From contig CP075492.1 of assembly GCA_021613535.1 (NCBI GenBank), forward strand, positions 8,804,001 through 8,868,000: DNA of 64,000 nt. The letters run 5' to 3'. Below, piece by piece: positions 27,883 through 42,444 of the stretch (within the stretch, counting starts at the first letter, position 1; every line of letters starts with the position of its first letter). Under the pieces are notes generated by a model. The model was not told the origin of the DNA and did not search any database. It saw only the letters and a list, made by a program, of their open reading frames with translations. Origin of the DNA: Adineta vaga (Eukaryota; Animalia; Rotifera). The position numbers were made by a program, and so were the translations under genes.

Positions 27883-30171
27883 ATGCAACAAGTTTCACCA
27901 GCAATTCTTCAAACTCGTTATCCTCCACCCTATCATCAATATCCGACGCTTTCCGTTGGAAGTCCTCAATCAATCAAATCTATTGATACGACAGTATTTG
28001 GACCAAGTGTTCCGCCAATGAAAAATTCCAAATTAGCAAATAATCATACGATTAATCATAATAATAATAATACCAATAATAATAATAATATTCATCATAC
28101 AATGAACAATGGTCAATCAATTCCTGAAGTTGATCCACGTCGTTTAATTTTATTTAATTTACCTGTTGATCTTGTTCAAGAATATCTTGAACTTTATCTT
28201 GAACATTTATCTGGTGAATCAGAAATCGAACGCATTGATTATTCTAATTTAGAAGATACCACAGTCATGGTTACATTTAAATCTGAACTTGGTTTGTACA
28301 TTCTTTCGTTTACGGGAAAAAAAATAATTCTTTTCTTTTTCATTTTTTCCATTTCTAGATATGAATGAAGTTCGTCGTCGTCATGGTACACGATCGAAAT
28401 TAAATAATTCTGAAATAGCATTAGCAGAAGTCATTGCACCAGCCACAGTCATGATACGTAATTTACCGACGGATATATCACGTGATGTCCTTGAATTATA
28501 CTTTTCCAATCGACGTCGCAGTGATGGCGGACAAGTTGTTGATGTTACACTTGATAAAGAACATCAACATGCACTCGTTACATTTGCTGATTATAAAGGT
28601 TTGACATAAAAGAACTGTTCTGTTGTATCATTTGTTTGTTTTCTTCTTCAAGATGTTCGTCGTGTTATTAAACGTGAACATTTGATACATAATAATCGTC
28701 TAGATGTACGTATATTCTATGCACATATGGGTGTTGAACCATTTATTGATGCATCAAATGTTGGAAAAAAACCTGATCCTATTTGTTATCGAGGATGTGA
28801 TGATAGTCGATATGCTTTTTTATTAAAAAATCGTCCTTTACTGGATGAACTTCGTGATCAATTGAAAACAATCAATGGTCATATCAATTTACAAAATGAA
28901 GGTATTATAGAAATAAATTTTAATGAATCACGTTTAACGGTCAAACGTCGTCTAAAATGGGCTAAAGATATTGAAAAATTAGTTGAACATTTTCTTACGG
29001 AACGTCTCGTTGTTCATAAAGTTCCATGGAATAATAATAAAATTCCACAAATAACTTCCGAACAACTTGCCGAACTTTCCTTAAAAGATAATACACGGCT
29101 AATGCAATTAGCACCATCAGATACTCAACAAGATCATATTATTGTAACAGCTATAAAAGATCATTTAGATCGGGCATTAAGTGAGTTAACTGATATGTTA
29201 ACAACACGTACAACAACAAATAAAAATCATATTCCATTAACTGATGCTGTCTATAGAAGTAAACCAGTCAGTGCTACACGTGATCCCAAAGTAAATAATC
29301 ATCGTTCATCATTATTAATTCGAACAAATTCACCAGCAAAATCAAGTTTCAATAATATTGAATTACCTCCACCGCCAGCACATGTTCCACCATCCGTCGC
29401 AATTATTGATGATAGTCTTGAGAATTTACGTTTATTTCAAATTGATCTTCTTGCAATGCGTTTCATTGACTTAGCTCGACGTACATATACAAATTTAACA
29501 ATTGATATTGATCGAAATGAACGACGTGTTATTTTACGTGGTCCACTCGATCAAGTAAATGTTTGTAAAACATATTTCGAATCCATACTCAATGGTATTA
29601 TACATAAACATTATAGAATAGGAAAAGAAATGGCTGTTTTCCTATCAAATCCTGATACGGGTAATTTAATACAAAAGAAAATGAATTCTATTGCTCTATC
29701 GTTTCTTTTTATTTAGTGGAAATTGTTATTGATAATTTAACACGTGCTGATTTCGTTTGTGCTTATGAAATTGAACGTGTCACTGATCATCATCGACGAA
29801 GTTCAGCTTCGCCAACACCAACAATGAATGGTCATGGACAAACAGCAAATAATAATCATCTCAAACTTGTTCTATATGGTTTATCACGTGAAGGTTGTGA
29901 TCGTGCTTATGATTTCCTTCGTCATGATATCCGTGTTAGTTCAATAATGTTAGATAAAGATGATAAACGTTGTTTAGCAAGTGATTCTTGGCATGCATAT
30001 GTACGTGATCTCTATGCAAATCCTAATGGTTTTCGTCGTCGACGTGTTTTGTTACAAGTCAAACAAAATCAATTAACATTCGTCGGTTTCGAACAAGATG
30101 TTGATGCTATGCGAAAACAAATTTATGATTATTTTGTTGAAAATGCCATATCATTTTATGAATCAGACTGA
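27883..30171 (+). CDS. RRM/NID- and KH-like domain protein resembling the PARP14/PARP10 N-terminus, without a catalytic domain
   Basis: EYLELYLEHLSG and RDVLELYFSNRRRSDGGQVVDV are PARP14/NMI-type RRM motifs. VILRGPLDQV and LTFVGFEQDV are KH-like. The stop at 30171 comes with no macro, WWE or PARP domain. Confidence 0.6.
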
Positions 30172-30826
30172 ACAGTTCGCAGTAATCATGAAGAAGAAGA
30201 AGAAGAAGAAGAGAAAAAAATTAACCTAAATAAAGCACGACAAAAAAAAGATAATAATAATAATATAATAATTTATTTCGATTTTTTTTCTTGTATTTCA
30301 AATGTAGAATTAGAACAAAAAATAATTTTGACATTTGTGTTTATAGAGAATTATGCATATATGTCATGGATAATTACTCACCCTGTCTCTCTCTCTTTAC
30401 TACAATATTGACTCTTTTTTTTTAATCTTGACTATTTATCTACCTAAATGATAATGAAAGTGTGTACATCATTGGTAATTTAGATCTATTTATTAATTAC
30501 TATATGAAGTGAACATCTATCAGACATGTAATTAATCAAAAACTTTAATATATGATGTTGATGATGATTAATCGTAATGATCAAAACTTGGACGTGCTTT
30601 TTTACCTTCATAAAGATCAAACAGACCGTTCACCTTGACCTTGAACGAGAAAAAAATCTCGAGAGGATAATTATATCGAAATTAGAACAAATAAATTGTC
30701 ATTAGAGATTCATTAAATTACTTTTCAAGATCTATTCATTCGATTGACAGGATATCGGATGAAGAAATGTCTTCATGTCAATTCAAATGAGATGTACTAG
30801 ATTAGATATTATTCTTCTTTTTTTAT

Positions 30827-31903
30827 TTAACATTTTTCAATATTTTCTTTTCTTTTCTTAGCTTGATTTCGTTCATTAAGAATTCTTGCAATACCAAGTA
30901 CAACTACACTACTAATCACAAGTGTTGAACCAAATAATGCATATAGATTTGAACGTACATTAGTAAACAGATTCTGTAAAATCAATGCAAAAATAATTTC
31001 AGCTGAACTAAGAAGTGAAAAAACTGCAGGATGTTCACGTTTAATAGCTTTTTGCGTTATAATACTTGCAATAATAGTAATCAAACAAATAGTTGACGCT
31101 AATAAAAAACGCCATGATAGAAAATGATTGAACGATGGCATAGATTGTAGATGAACGATTTTATAGATTTGATTAGTAATTAAACATAAAAACATGGCAG
31201 TTGCAAAATGTAGATTTAAAACACTTGGTTTAATATCTCGAGATATGGAAATAAGTTGTTTGAATAATAGAACATTAGTTGCTGATGTTAAAGCACAAGA
31301 TAAAGCCAGTATAAAACCAATTAGACGGTGTTTATCGTCAACAGTTTTCATGGTAGATTCTACTTTTGAATAGAAAAGAAAACTTGGTTGAGTAACGAAT
31401 ATAACTCCAAGAAATGTTAATGGTAGAGCAATCAATGTACCTATGGATGGTCGTTCACGATAGACAATAGCACTAAGAACAACTGTCCAAACAACTCGAG
31501 TATAACCTAATGTATTAACATCAGCTAATTCAACATAACGTACGGCAAGAGAAAATATCACAAAACCACCTGCGCCAATTACAGCACAAATAATCTGTAA
31601 AAATACTTGTAACATTGTTCCACTGAGTAGTGTATAGTTTTTATATAGAACAAAAGCGAGTGTCAAGGATACTTGTATAAAAAAACGTAGTAATAATGCA
31701 TCCAATAAATCTACTCCAAGTTGTTTGATCATAAATGTTGAAAATGTAAAGAGAAATGAAGCCGTTAAGGCATAGAAAATACCAGAAAATCGATGGATCC
31801 AATGAGGTTGTTCTGGCACATTTTCTCTACTGATCGTTGAAACAAGAATAAGTGGCTCAGAAGAGGTTATTTTTACGTCAGATTCTACTTCAAATTTGGA
31901 CAT
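30827..31903 (-). CDS. EamA/DMT transporter, SLC35G-like (intronless)
   Basis: 358 aa, about 10 hydrophobic segments in two repeats; GVIFVTQPSFLF, EHPAVFSLLSSAEIIFA. Confidence 0.85.
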   Translation of the reverse strand: MSKFEVESDVKITSSEPLILVSTISRENVPEQPHWIHRFSGIFYALTASFLFTFSTFMIKQLGVDLLDALLLRFFIQVSLTLAFVLYKNYTLLSGTMLQVFLQIICAVIGAGGFVIFSLAVRYVELADVNTLGYTRVVWTVVLSAIVYRERPSIGTLIALPLTFLGVIFVTQPSFLFYSKVESTMKTVDDKHRLIGFILALSCALTSATNVLLFKQLISISRDIKPSVLNLHFATAMFLCLITNQIYKIVHLQSMPSFNHFLSWRFLLASTICLITIIASIITQKAIKREHPAVFSLLSSAEIIFALILQNLFTNVRSNLYALFGSTLVISSVVVLGIARILNERNQAKKRKENIEKC

Positions 31904-32272
31904 GTTTTAATGGTAGGTTTTTTATGAATAAATACGATTTCACTCGTATCTTTTTGATAGTTATCGAAAAAGTCGTAAAAAACCAAATTTTGTGATTTTG
32001 ATGATATATATTGAAGAACCTGGACAAAAAGATTAGAAAATCTGACGAGCTAGATGCACTCTTAATAGAGCATTTATGATATGAAACAAACGTCACGAAC
32101 AATAAGAAACTCAATAATGTTATCGAAGAAATGATTCATTCTCTGAACGTCGGTTGTTGTTTTCTAGTAATAAAACACGTGGCTTCTCTTGCGTTCTTAT
32201 TCGAATCATTTTCGATATATACATATATATCTCTCGTTTGGACTATCATAACGATTCTAATTCGATCTGCTT

Positions 32273-33116
32273 ATGTATGAAAGTAAGTTTAACATAAAAA
32301 GTATTGTTCAACTAATTCAAACATATACAGATCATGTTGTTGTTGTTGTTTTTTCTTCCTAGATACTGATACTCCGATTGCATCACCTTCTCGAACGATT
32401 TATCAATATGAAACAGTTTCTTCACCTTTTCGATCATTCTATCAAAATAGTACTCAACAACCTGCTTATGTATCTTTCGAATCTATTCCACCATCGATCG
32501 ATAAAGAAACAACATTGACACCTGCATTTCAAAAGACATTACCGATTATTCCTGTGATTATTTTAGGATTTTTCGAAATCTTTGGTGGATTAATTGTTCT
32601 TGTGCTCGAAGTACTTGTTTTCGATATTGCTGTTGGACTTTGGTGTGGATTTATTTATGCACTTGCTGGTATTGCTGCAATTGTACTTGGTAAGTTTTGT
32701 GAGCATTATGGCAAAAGATGTCATTCTAATCTTTTTTTTAAATCTTAGTGATTGGTACTGATCGGGAACGTCATCAAACAACAGCTGTATTGATTTTCCA
32801 ATTTGTTGGTAAATTAAAAAGATTTTCTCCTAATATAAAACAAATCTCATGTTCATTATTAGCATTGATGTTTTCGATTACTGAAATTGTATTACATGTT
32901 GAATTTTATCAAAAACGATGTTTAACAAAACCGAATGAGCCTTCACGTGAAGCATTCTATCAATGTCAAATTCTTCTTATTCAGATTGGCATTGCAGCAT
33001 TTATTTTGATAAATACAATTCTATTTGCGATTATATATTTTCGAATAACAATTATTGTACTTAAACAACCACATGGAACTTTTAATCTATCAAATGCTAT
33101 CAACTTAAGTTGTTAA
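32273..33116 (+). CDS. four-TM protein, MS4A/CD20-like
   Basis: Splices MYE/NTDTPIASP.. into hydrophobic exons IILGFFEIFGG..AVGLWCGFIYALAG, with about 4 TM segments. Confidence 0.55.
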
Positions 33117-33118
33117 TT

Positions 33119-33138
33119 GTGTGTGTGTGTGTGTGTGT
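33119..33138. repeat. (GT)n microsatellite
   Basis: About 10 GT units directly after the stop codon. Confidence 0.9.
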
Positions 33139-33541
33139 AGAAGAATTAGTTAATTTAGAATGAAATTACTAGTTGTGTTGTTTTTTTATGATTAAAGATT
33201 GAAATAATATTGAAAAAGATGTAATATTTTTTATATCTGGATCGATCCGAAGTATAACTCATTTTTGGATAGATGTCGATCATTGTCAATAGAAACAATG
33301 ATGCATAGTTTGTATGATTGGTTGTTTATGTGATCAAGTCGATTGTATTCTTCTCTTTTGGTTGTTATTAATCAATCTTTTAGAAACTAACTACAACATA
33401 ACATATCGATATAATCATCATGGTAAGATTTTTAAAAAGAATACTTTCTATACTGACAACGATTATTTGTTTTCTTACAGACGTATTCTTAGTAACCTCT
33501 TTCTATAGACAATTTTGTTTTATAAGATTCAATCAAAATCG

Positions 33542-34431
33542 ATGACTTCAACATCTCATTATACTTCCTATCACAATCCCAAAGCTGCCAAACGTGATTA
33601 CAGTGATGATGATGATGATGATAATTTAGATGCATTACGAAATGCAGCATTGAAGACTTTGAATTCCAAAAAGCGAAAAGTTTGTTTCGAAAGCAAAAAC
33701 TTATCTACATTTGTTTACTTGTTATTTCTTCATAGAAAACTTACGATCATTCACCAACTCATCGTAGTTCTCGTTCATCGTCCAGATCGTATTCATCATC
33801 TCATTCGAGTTACAGTTATTCTTCAATCAGTCGATCCTCTTCATCTTTATCATCAATTAGTTCGGATTCAGTTGATAATCATGATAGAGATTATCGTTTC
33901 GAAAACAAAGAAAAACAAGCGACAGGTGATATTGATGAACGTTTTCCACAAGACATTCCAAATGGCAACGATGATATGTTGATTGTTGATTGTCCACTTC
34001 AAGATGATGATCTACTTTCATATCAAGAAGAAAAACCAACGAAAAAACCAGCCAAACCACCATCACCACCACCACCGCCACCACCACCACGATCATCGTC
34101 ATCATCAAAAAAACCGTCGAATCGGAATGAACGTAGAAATCATTATGAACCTTCTGTTAAAGATATTAAACCACGAAAAGAAGAGCGACGACGTTCGCCA
34201 TCGACCGAACGACCTATTTCTATAACAGTTAAACTCAATACGGATGAATTTGATCTTCGACAATTGATTAAAAAACGTCGAACTGAAGAATCTTCACAGA
34301 ATAATCAGCGTGTTGTACAAATTCTACCAAAAGATAAAAATACATCAGTTGTAGATAAAACAAAACAAGATCGTTCTTCGTCTGGACAGTCACAGAAAAG
34401 TCGATCCTCGCATAGACATCATAAACATTAA
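33542..34431 (+). CDS. hypothetical Ser/Arg/Pro-rich, probably nuclear protein
   Basis: DDDDNLDALRNAALKTL exon, intron about 33681-33735, then a long S/R-rich exon with poly-Pro and DLRQLIKKRR. Start uncertain. Confidence 0.6.
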
Positions 34432-34537
34432 TAATACTTGTTGTTTTCATTTCTCTTTTGTTTTTTGATTCTGTAATATTAAAATTTTGATGATCATGGT
34501 TTTTCTTAATTGAATGTGCATTTCTTCTAGATAAACA

Positions 34538-36617
34538 ATGGTATTTAGAGGAGCAGCGACATTCATTGTTCGATTGAGTCGAACATTAATTGCTCGTCCA
34601 GTTAAATCCGTTCTTCTTTCACATGTTCATCCAACATCGAAACTACATAAACATCATCAAATCTATACGAAACATCCAACACGATTCTATTTATTTCCGT
34701 CCATTTATCGATCATTTATTGCACCAACGAATGGACAAAATCTTTCAAATTTAATACCATTTCGACTTGCTTTAAATGAAATTAAACGACGATTATTCTT
34801 CTCAGGTTTGTGACAAATAGAAACACAGAAATATAGTATGACCTTCATTTTTCTCTGACAGTTATTAACAAGAATAACTAGATCTAATTTTCCTAAGTGA
34901 AACATTACCATCTATAAATTTAAAGAAAAATTCACTCGTCATTTACTAAATGTAACTTACACAAATTTATTCTGTAGCACCAAACAATTCTCGTCTTCTA
35001 TTGGGCCTTCTCGGTTATTCACTTGTTCCAAAATCAACGTTTGATCAAATCTATCTGGACGAAACACTCAATCAAATTGGTAATCTTCTATCGAAAAGTA
35101 CCATGGTAGATCAATTCAATCAAGAGAATGAGAAACATTATCGAACCGTACTGGATAATTATGAATTAGGTCGTTTGATTGGCTGTGGTTGTAATGCAGC
35201 TGTATATGAAGCACGACTTCGTTCATCATGTGATTTGATAGTTCCATCGGAAACACAATCAAATGAAAATGATATTGAAATACTTTCACAAAAATCAACG
35301 GATGAAGAGTCATTCACTGAAGGTAATTTCAAACTCTACAGTTTAGTGACACTCATATTCTCAACATTTGATTGTCTAATCATTTCATTCTAGTTCAATC
35401 TCGGTCATCGATTAGTATGACTGAATCATCACTCAGTACCAATTCGGATATATTACCAGGTAAGTTGAATTATTTGTTATCTATCGATTTGAATTCAATA
35501 CTCTTTTCTATTTTAGCTGGTCGATTTAATCTAGCAATTAAAATGTTATTTAATTATGGTATTCGATCGGATGCAGAAGCAATTAAAAAAGCCATGGATA
35601 AAGAATTAATTCCATTGCATCAATATTTTTCTCATCCAAATATTGTTCGAATGTATTCATGTTTTGTTGATTCATTTCCATTATTGAATGAAGCACATGA
35701 ACATTATCCAATGGCAATTCCAACACGTCTTTCATCAGAAAGTTATGGACGAAATAAAACTTTATTCATTGTAATGCGACGTTATGATTTTACATTAAAT
35801 GAATATATTCATCTATATCAACCAGATGATCATCAACGTTTACAACTTTTTGCACAATTACTTGAAGCTTTGCTATATTTACATAATCATTCAATTGTTC
35901 ATCGAGATCTAAAAAGTGATAATTTACTTGTATGTGAAACAACAGGTGAATTAGTTCTAGCTGATTTTGGTTGTGCACTTTATCATCCACCAGATTTGAA
36001 AATTTCCTATCAAACTGATGAAATTTGTAAAGGTGGAAATCTTGCATTAATGGCACCAGAGGTAATTTTATAGGATGTGATTTAAATAGTGACATCCATT
36101 CAATTGATTTAGATATTAAATAGTCAACCAGGACCAGAAAATTATCTTGATTATAATAAATCTGATCTATGGGCAAGTGGAACGTTATGTTATGAATTTT
36201 TCTCTCAACCTAATCCATTCTTTCATGGTATACTTCGACAGGACACCTATGATGATGAAAATCTTCCATCGCTTTCCTCTCCATCAATTATTGAACGACT
36301 TGTTCATTCAATATTACGGAAAAATCCCGAGAAAGTACGTCATATATCTTTTTTTTCAACAAATCCATTACTTTCGTTCTGTCTTTTTTTAGCGTCCTTC
36401 GATTGCTTTAACTGCGAATTGTATTCATCTTTATCTATGGTTTAAAACCTTGAAATCAACAAATGAACTCTACGAAGCTTATATGTGGACTGCATTGGAA
36501 ACTTTATTTACTAAACATACATTAACACGTGTTGAATTGAATTTGAAAAAACTTTTTTTTGAACGACAAACATCACAAACACTTTTTCGAGCACAAACAT
36601 TTCTTAATCAACTATAA
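34538..36617 (+). CDS. PINK1: PTEN-induced kinase 1
   Basis: Mitochondrial-type N-terminus, IGCGCNAAVYEA, LAIKMLFNY, HPNIVRM, GRNKTLFIVM, HRDLKSDNLL, DFGC, GGNLALMAPE. Confidence 0.95.
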
Positions 36618-36734
36618 ACATTGATTTTCTTTTCTTTTTTTTTCTAAAGTTTTGTATATAGAAATAAATTTTTGTTTTTGAGAACGTAATCATTATTCAT
36701 TGAATGAATGAAGTTTATAGAACGAGATTCAATA

Positions 36735-37612
36735 TCAAAGTCCTTGATTATGTAATTCGCGAGTTAATTGAATCGATGTACAGCATGGACAACATGTTGC
36801 AGTACAACAATCATTCATTAAATTACCCTAAATAGATAAGTATAGGTATACTGACTAAACATTAGCTTATTCATCTATAGAAAAGTGTCTAATTTAATAA
36901 AAAGTACAAATAATTAGTAATAGCATTGAACATTCATGGCTTCTATTGACATGACTTTTTAAATGTATAGTGCAGTTACATTATTCGAATACCTTTAATC
37001 GATTACTTTAGAAAAATGAGTTTTGATTCTGAATATTAATCAAAATGCTTACCTGAATTCGAAATGCTGTACGAATTTTTGATCTTAATGCAAATCGGGA
37101 TCCAGGACAGATACATGTACAGGTCTTTTCTCCAGCACGTTTGTATAATTTATATTCAAAACAACAAAAGCAAAAGAAGGCATAACAACCTAAAGGAATC
37201 GTATAGAGAAATACAAATCTAAATGAGTTTTATCATAATACTACATTGTCTACTATTCGAACAACATGAAGAAAGTTCAGTTGACCATCGATGTTCAAAA
37301 TCCCATACACTTCGACCAGGTTGCGAAACGACCACATTGCTAAAAGAAAAAAATCATGTATCTCATTCACAATGATCCGTTTTCTCCAAATGTTTACACA
37401 TGAGCCATTTGTTGTCGAGCTTTAATTTGTTGCTCATCCAGTTGATAATCATTAATTGGATAGACAACACGTGAGGATGATGGTAGTGTTGGCGGTGGTG
37501 GTGGCGCTTGATAATACTGTACTGGTTCTAAGATTTAAAATATGAAATAGATCAAATCGATAAAAATAAGAATAAATGTAAACTTACCACGTAAACGATA
37601 AGATGTACTCAT
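36735..37612 (-). CDS. PLAC8/cornifelin-family Cys-rich protein (5 small exons)
   Basis: Manual splicing gives ..VVSQPG..WSTELSSCCSNSRQCCYAFFCFCC..LRSKIRTAFRIQGNLMNDCCTATCCPCCTSIQLTREL, the PLAC8 pattern. Absent from the ORF track. Confidence 0.85.
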
Positions 37613-38527
37613 TTATGAAACGAGAGATTAATTACGTACTTCAACAATCGTCGACTTCTTGTTTCTCTTTCGCAAAAATGCAATGATCGTTTTTTTTACT
37701 TTTCTTCTTCTTCTTCTTCTTCTTCTATTTTTTTAACTGTTATTGTCGTGTACATTTGTTCGCCTACAATAATCGTTCGCATTCGCTCTTGCCAACGGCA
37801 CACAAACACATTTCTATAAGTGAAACTTATGTTTCAACTTCTTCATATTAAGAGATTTTCACACGTCTATCGTCGAATAAAGAATAACGTCTTCGACTGC
37901 ACGCCTAAAGAAAAAGAACAAGAATAAATCATTTTCTATTAAATGAACAAAAAATATAAAAACTACATAAATGAGTGAGACCGTTGAAGACAAATTCAAT
38001 AGAACTTGAAATAAAAATCATTTTATCATTCGTATATTTAAGATGTATATCATCAATATCATAATTTTAATAATCGAATGTTCTCAGATGATCCTTTCCC
38101 GCAGGTGGAGTACATAAGCAATCAAGTAGTAATCATAAATATAATGTTTATGTACAAAAAAGCACTTTGTCGCCTAGGATGTTCGTGACAAAACATTTGT
38201 CATCAACGAAACACACTGTTTATTCAATGACCTTCATGCTTAATCGAAGAAAAATAGGTACTTTTCTAAGTTCAATTTACTTACATGATAAAAGATTAAA
38301 GTAGTCAATATTTGAATGAAAACAAAAAATGAATAGATATATGATCAATGAAGTTGATCGTATTTGAATTGAAAGCTTATGTTATTTCAACAAATACAGT
38401 TCATCAATGGAGACATATTCAAATTTAGCAAATAATCTATTACTTCTTTCTGTACATATACTATTAAAAGGAAAGATGTAAATGATTAAAATAAAATCTT
38501 TCGAATTATTGCATGAATTCAATATAT

Positions 38528-39097
38528 TTACAATCCGATACCAAATAATAAAATTCCTGCAACAACAAAAAGCAATGCAAAAGCAACATAAGTTGCAATC
38601 ATCAATCCAAATGCACTTGAAAATATTGTATATAAACAATAAGTTGATTCTTTCGGAGATTTCGATTGAAACTTTTTCAAATTTCCATATATACGAGTAT
38701 TTAAAAGTATAATAAATATAAATGCACATGTACCAAATATACACATAATTGCACCTAAACAAAAATCATTGACAAAAGAAGATTAATTTAACAAACAATA
38801 TCATATACCAATGAGTAGTTGTATTGATCGATTACTTCCTTTTGCACTTAATTGTGCTGCTGTTAATTTTTTATTTGTTTTAAATTTTGGTGGAGTTATT
38901 GAATAAATAAAACCTATGGCTGCGGCAAAGAAAATTGCGAGAAATACACCACCCATTGCCATGATTAATGCAATATCAGGTTGTAAGGGACATAATTCAA
39001 TATAATCCACATAATAAAATCCAATCGATAATTGTACAAATGGAACAATAAAAATCAACAAGATTAAAGATAAAATTAATATCTTCCGAAGCGACAT
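38528..39097 (-). CDS. four-TM membrane protein, TMEM272-like (2 exons)
   Basis: PFVQLSIGFYY..CPLQPDIALIMAMGG..YCLYTIFSSAF, with 4 hydrophobic segments. Confidence 0.65.
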
Positions 39098-39563
39098 TTT
39101 ATCCTCTAGTCAACGTTCTTATTTGATCGTTACAATTGAAAATGTTATTGATAAAATCTGTTACCCTGTCGATTTTTTTCTCACTAATATGATGTTTTTT
39201 TCTTCTCCTTCGAATAACATCAACATTATGGTGCAAAGAGGAAACTGGAGAAACATTCGAGCTTGACTCGATTGTGAATACTTTCGTTTTAATTATCTTG
39301 ATATAATGAAAATCTAACAAAAAATATATCACGCTCAACAGTTGAGTAACGTTCCATTTTCTAGAACATCCGATCGCAAATGATGATCTTTCGAAGAAAA
39401 AAAAGAGAAAAGAAAACAATGATAATAATAAGCAGACGCGAAGATATTCAATAATACGATGCTAGCATACCGTAATGTTTACGATAATAGAACAAAAAAT
39501 GATTAAAATTTTAAAAAGAAATATTCAATATCCCGTCACCCAATGAAAACTACATATGAATGT

Positions 39564-40653
39564 TTAATCGTCTTTAACAAAATTATCGATTTGAACAGTA
39601 TTTTCTCCAATAGCTGCTTCACCTGTATCAGCTGATGCCGTTAATGTTTCTTCAGCATTAAATATACCAAGATCAGCGGGATCCATTCGTGGTGCGGACA
39701 TTTGTTCTGGATATAGCCACGGTTTCAAATGTGCTTGATGTTTTGATTTCCATTTTTCATATTTACCACATGATTTTGCTAATTTTTTAATTACCTAAAT
39801 AAGAATAAAATATCGTAAATCAAAAAGAACAAAATAATGCTACTTTTGGTACTAAAACTTTCGATGTTTTATTTACAAACCAAGGTGGTAAATTACCTAC
39901 AGAAAGAAGACAAAATTTCAAAATAGAGCATTACTAAAACGACAAAACAAACCTCCAGGATCACACTGTGTCATGTAATAGAATGTACATGATGATGGAC
40001 TTTTAGGTATGATTAAAAATCCTGTTAAATAAGATATTCCACGTACGAAACCTTTTCGTGGCGGCTCACGCTTAAAAAAAGATATCAACAGAATAGAAAA
40101 GTAATTAATCATAAGAATGACTTACAAGATGATTGACCGAATGATTTAGAATATATTTTTCTTTATTACGCCCAAAATCTAACCAAGCACGTTGTGTAAC
40201 AAAATCACGATTTTTAAATGGTGGTGGACTTCTCACTAGAAAGAAAAAAAGATTACTTATATGAGTAAATTCATCACTTGAGGACAAACCGGAATAATAT
40301 CCAATATCACTATTTGGTGAAACGGTGCATATATCATAGCCTTCTATCATAGTTGAATCCCATTGAGAACGATATCCACCATCGTGTAGAACATCATAAA
40401 GTACTTCACTTGAAACATCATGAAATTCTGATTGAACCTTTGAAATAAATATTGTATAAGAATATATTATTGATCAATTTAGTGATGACCTTACACGAAC
40501 AAGATCAAATGCTGAAAGTGAGTTTTTCTTCATTGCTACACGGCATGACGATTTATCATAACATATTGTCCATCCATCATCAGTTGTACATTCATTTTTA
40601 AAATATTTAAAATCTTGATCATCCGGTAGAAAAACTTCTCCTACTTTCATCAT
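39564..40653 (-). CDS. STARD10: START-domain protein, PCTP-like
   Basis: [71 protein letters not shown]. Confidence 0.92.
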
Positions 40654-42444
40654 TTTTGTTTATTTTTTTATGTATGTATAATCATATACAGATAATAATA
40701 ACAAGTCAAGCTTGACGGTATTATACACTCGTTAATTCATTGGTTATACAATCGTGTACATGTGTTATATAAACGAAGGATCTAATCAATGATAAAACGA
40801 CTACGCTTATTTTAGGTCAGCTTGCCATTTATGAAAAAATTAACAGATATTTTTATCCTTCGGACAAAATTATAGTCGATATTCAAAAATAACGAAGATA
40901 TAAAACTTAAGTATTGCTAATGATATGAATAGATGCGATACTATATATTTGTATGTGTGTACAAAGACAAATTGATGATAAATATATAATGTATCTCTAA
41001 TGACATATAATTTTGTAGTATTTTTTAAGAATAGATAAGCGTTTATTAGAGACATCTTTTGATTATAAAAATGGATTTTTCATTAGAATTCACTGATTAT
41101 TTATCTCATCTGTATCTTTTGTTTTAGTAAAAACTAATTTATCTTCAATTTTATTTTGTTGATCATCGATGCTTCTTTTTATGGATAGACCTATTCATTG
41201 TTTATAAAGTTCTGTTATGTATGTTTCGAGTTGTTGTATATAGAACTTGATCTCAGATTTGGAATTATAACTTGAAACTGTTCTATTTGCTAATGATACG
41301 ACTGAATAATGAATATTTTTTCTGTTCATTATTGGATATAGAACTTGAAGTTCTTGTTGAAAAGAAAATATTTAGATATTATCGAGTTTTCATAATAGAA
41401 AATGCATTATTTAACCAGACAATTGACAAGGTTGTATTCACGAAGTTTTCATCAAATATAATTTGACTTGGTAATTTCGTTGTTTTTTCCTTCAGTTAAA
41501 TCATCAATAAACAAAAGCACAATTAAATATCTTTTTACTAATCTTCATCTTTATGTTCCTATTTGAACAGTCATTACTATTTCTCTCAACACATTGATTG
41601 ATCGATTAGATTATCAACAAAAAAAGACTTGAACGAAACTTGATTCATTCTTCATTTCCAATGAACCCCTTTCTAGCTTGACTACTGCATAATAAATCTT
41701 AAGTAAAGAGAACTTTGAAAATAATATGTATAAAATTTCTTCGATTATGAAGGTCAACTTCTTCATTTTAACATAAGAAGAAGAAGAAGAAGACGAACAG
41801 AAATTCTTCTTTGCATCCGCATTCTCTTTCGATTATATATATATATATGTATGTCCTTTAGTTTTTTTCTTCTTTTCTTTATATAACTAAAAGTTTATTA
41901 CCTACACACACACACACACATATAAACCAAAAAATTGTACTAGACATTTTTTCTTTCCTGGCATTTTTTACGTTTTTTTTTATGTAAGTTGTCATCACAT
42001 TACCGTCGCTTTAATTTCTCCTTCTTTCTTATCTACAGTAGACGACCCATACCATTTTCTCTGCATTTTTTCCTGCCAGCAACGGTAAAGGTGAGAGTAA
42101 TATACACGCGCAAGCAAGAAAAAAAAATCTTCAAAGAACACAAAAGAAAAATTTTGACGGAAGAAAAAAAGAAAAGTGAACATGCTTGACATTCAAGGCC
42201 GTGCTAACAGAGAACTAGTAAGAGTATGTAGTCATACATTGACAAATTATATAACAGAAGAAGAGGAAGGACTTAAAAAGACGAATAAAGTTAGACGTCT
42301 TCATTGCTTATCTTTTACGATCGACATCGTTCGTTTTGTCAAAAGTTTATTTTCGATTACAAATATATTCAATTCTTCAAAGGTTCTTTGTCATTTGTAT
42401 ATGAACAATAAATCATTTTTCTTTCTCTAGATCGAGATTTCAGT

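Noticed and set aside
41090-41690. Possible small multi-exon gene on the minus strand
   Set aside because: I could not build a stop-free spliced model, and no motif is recognisable.
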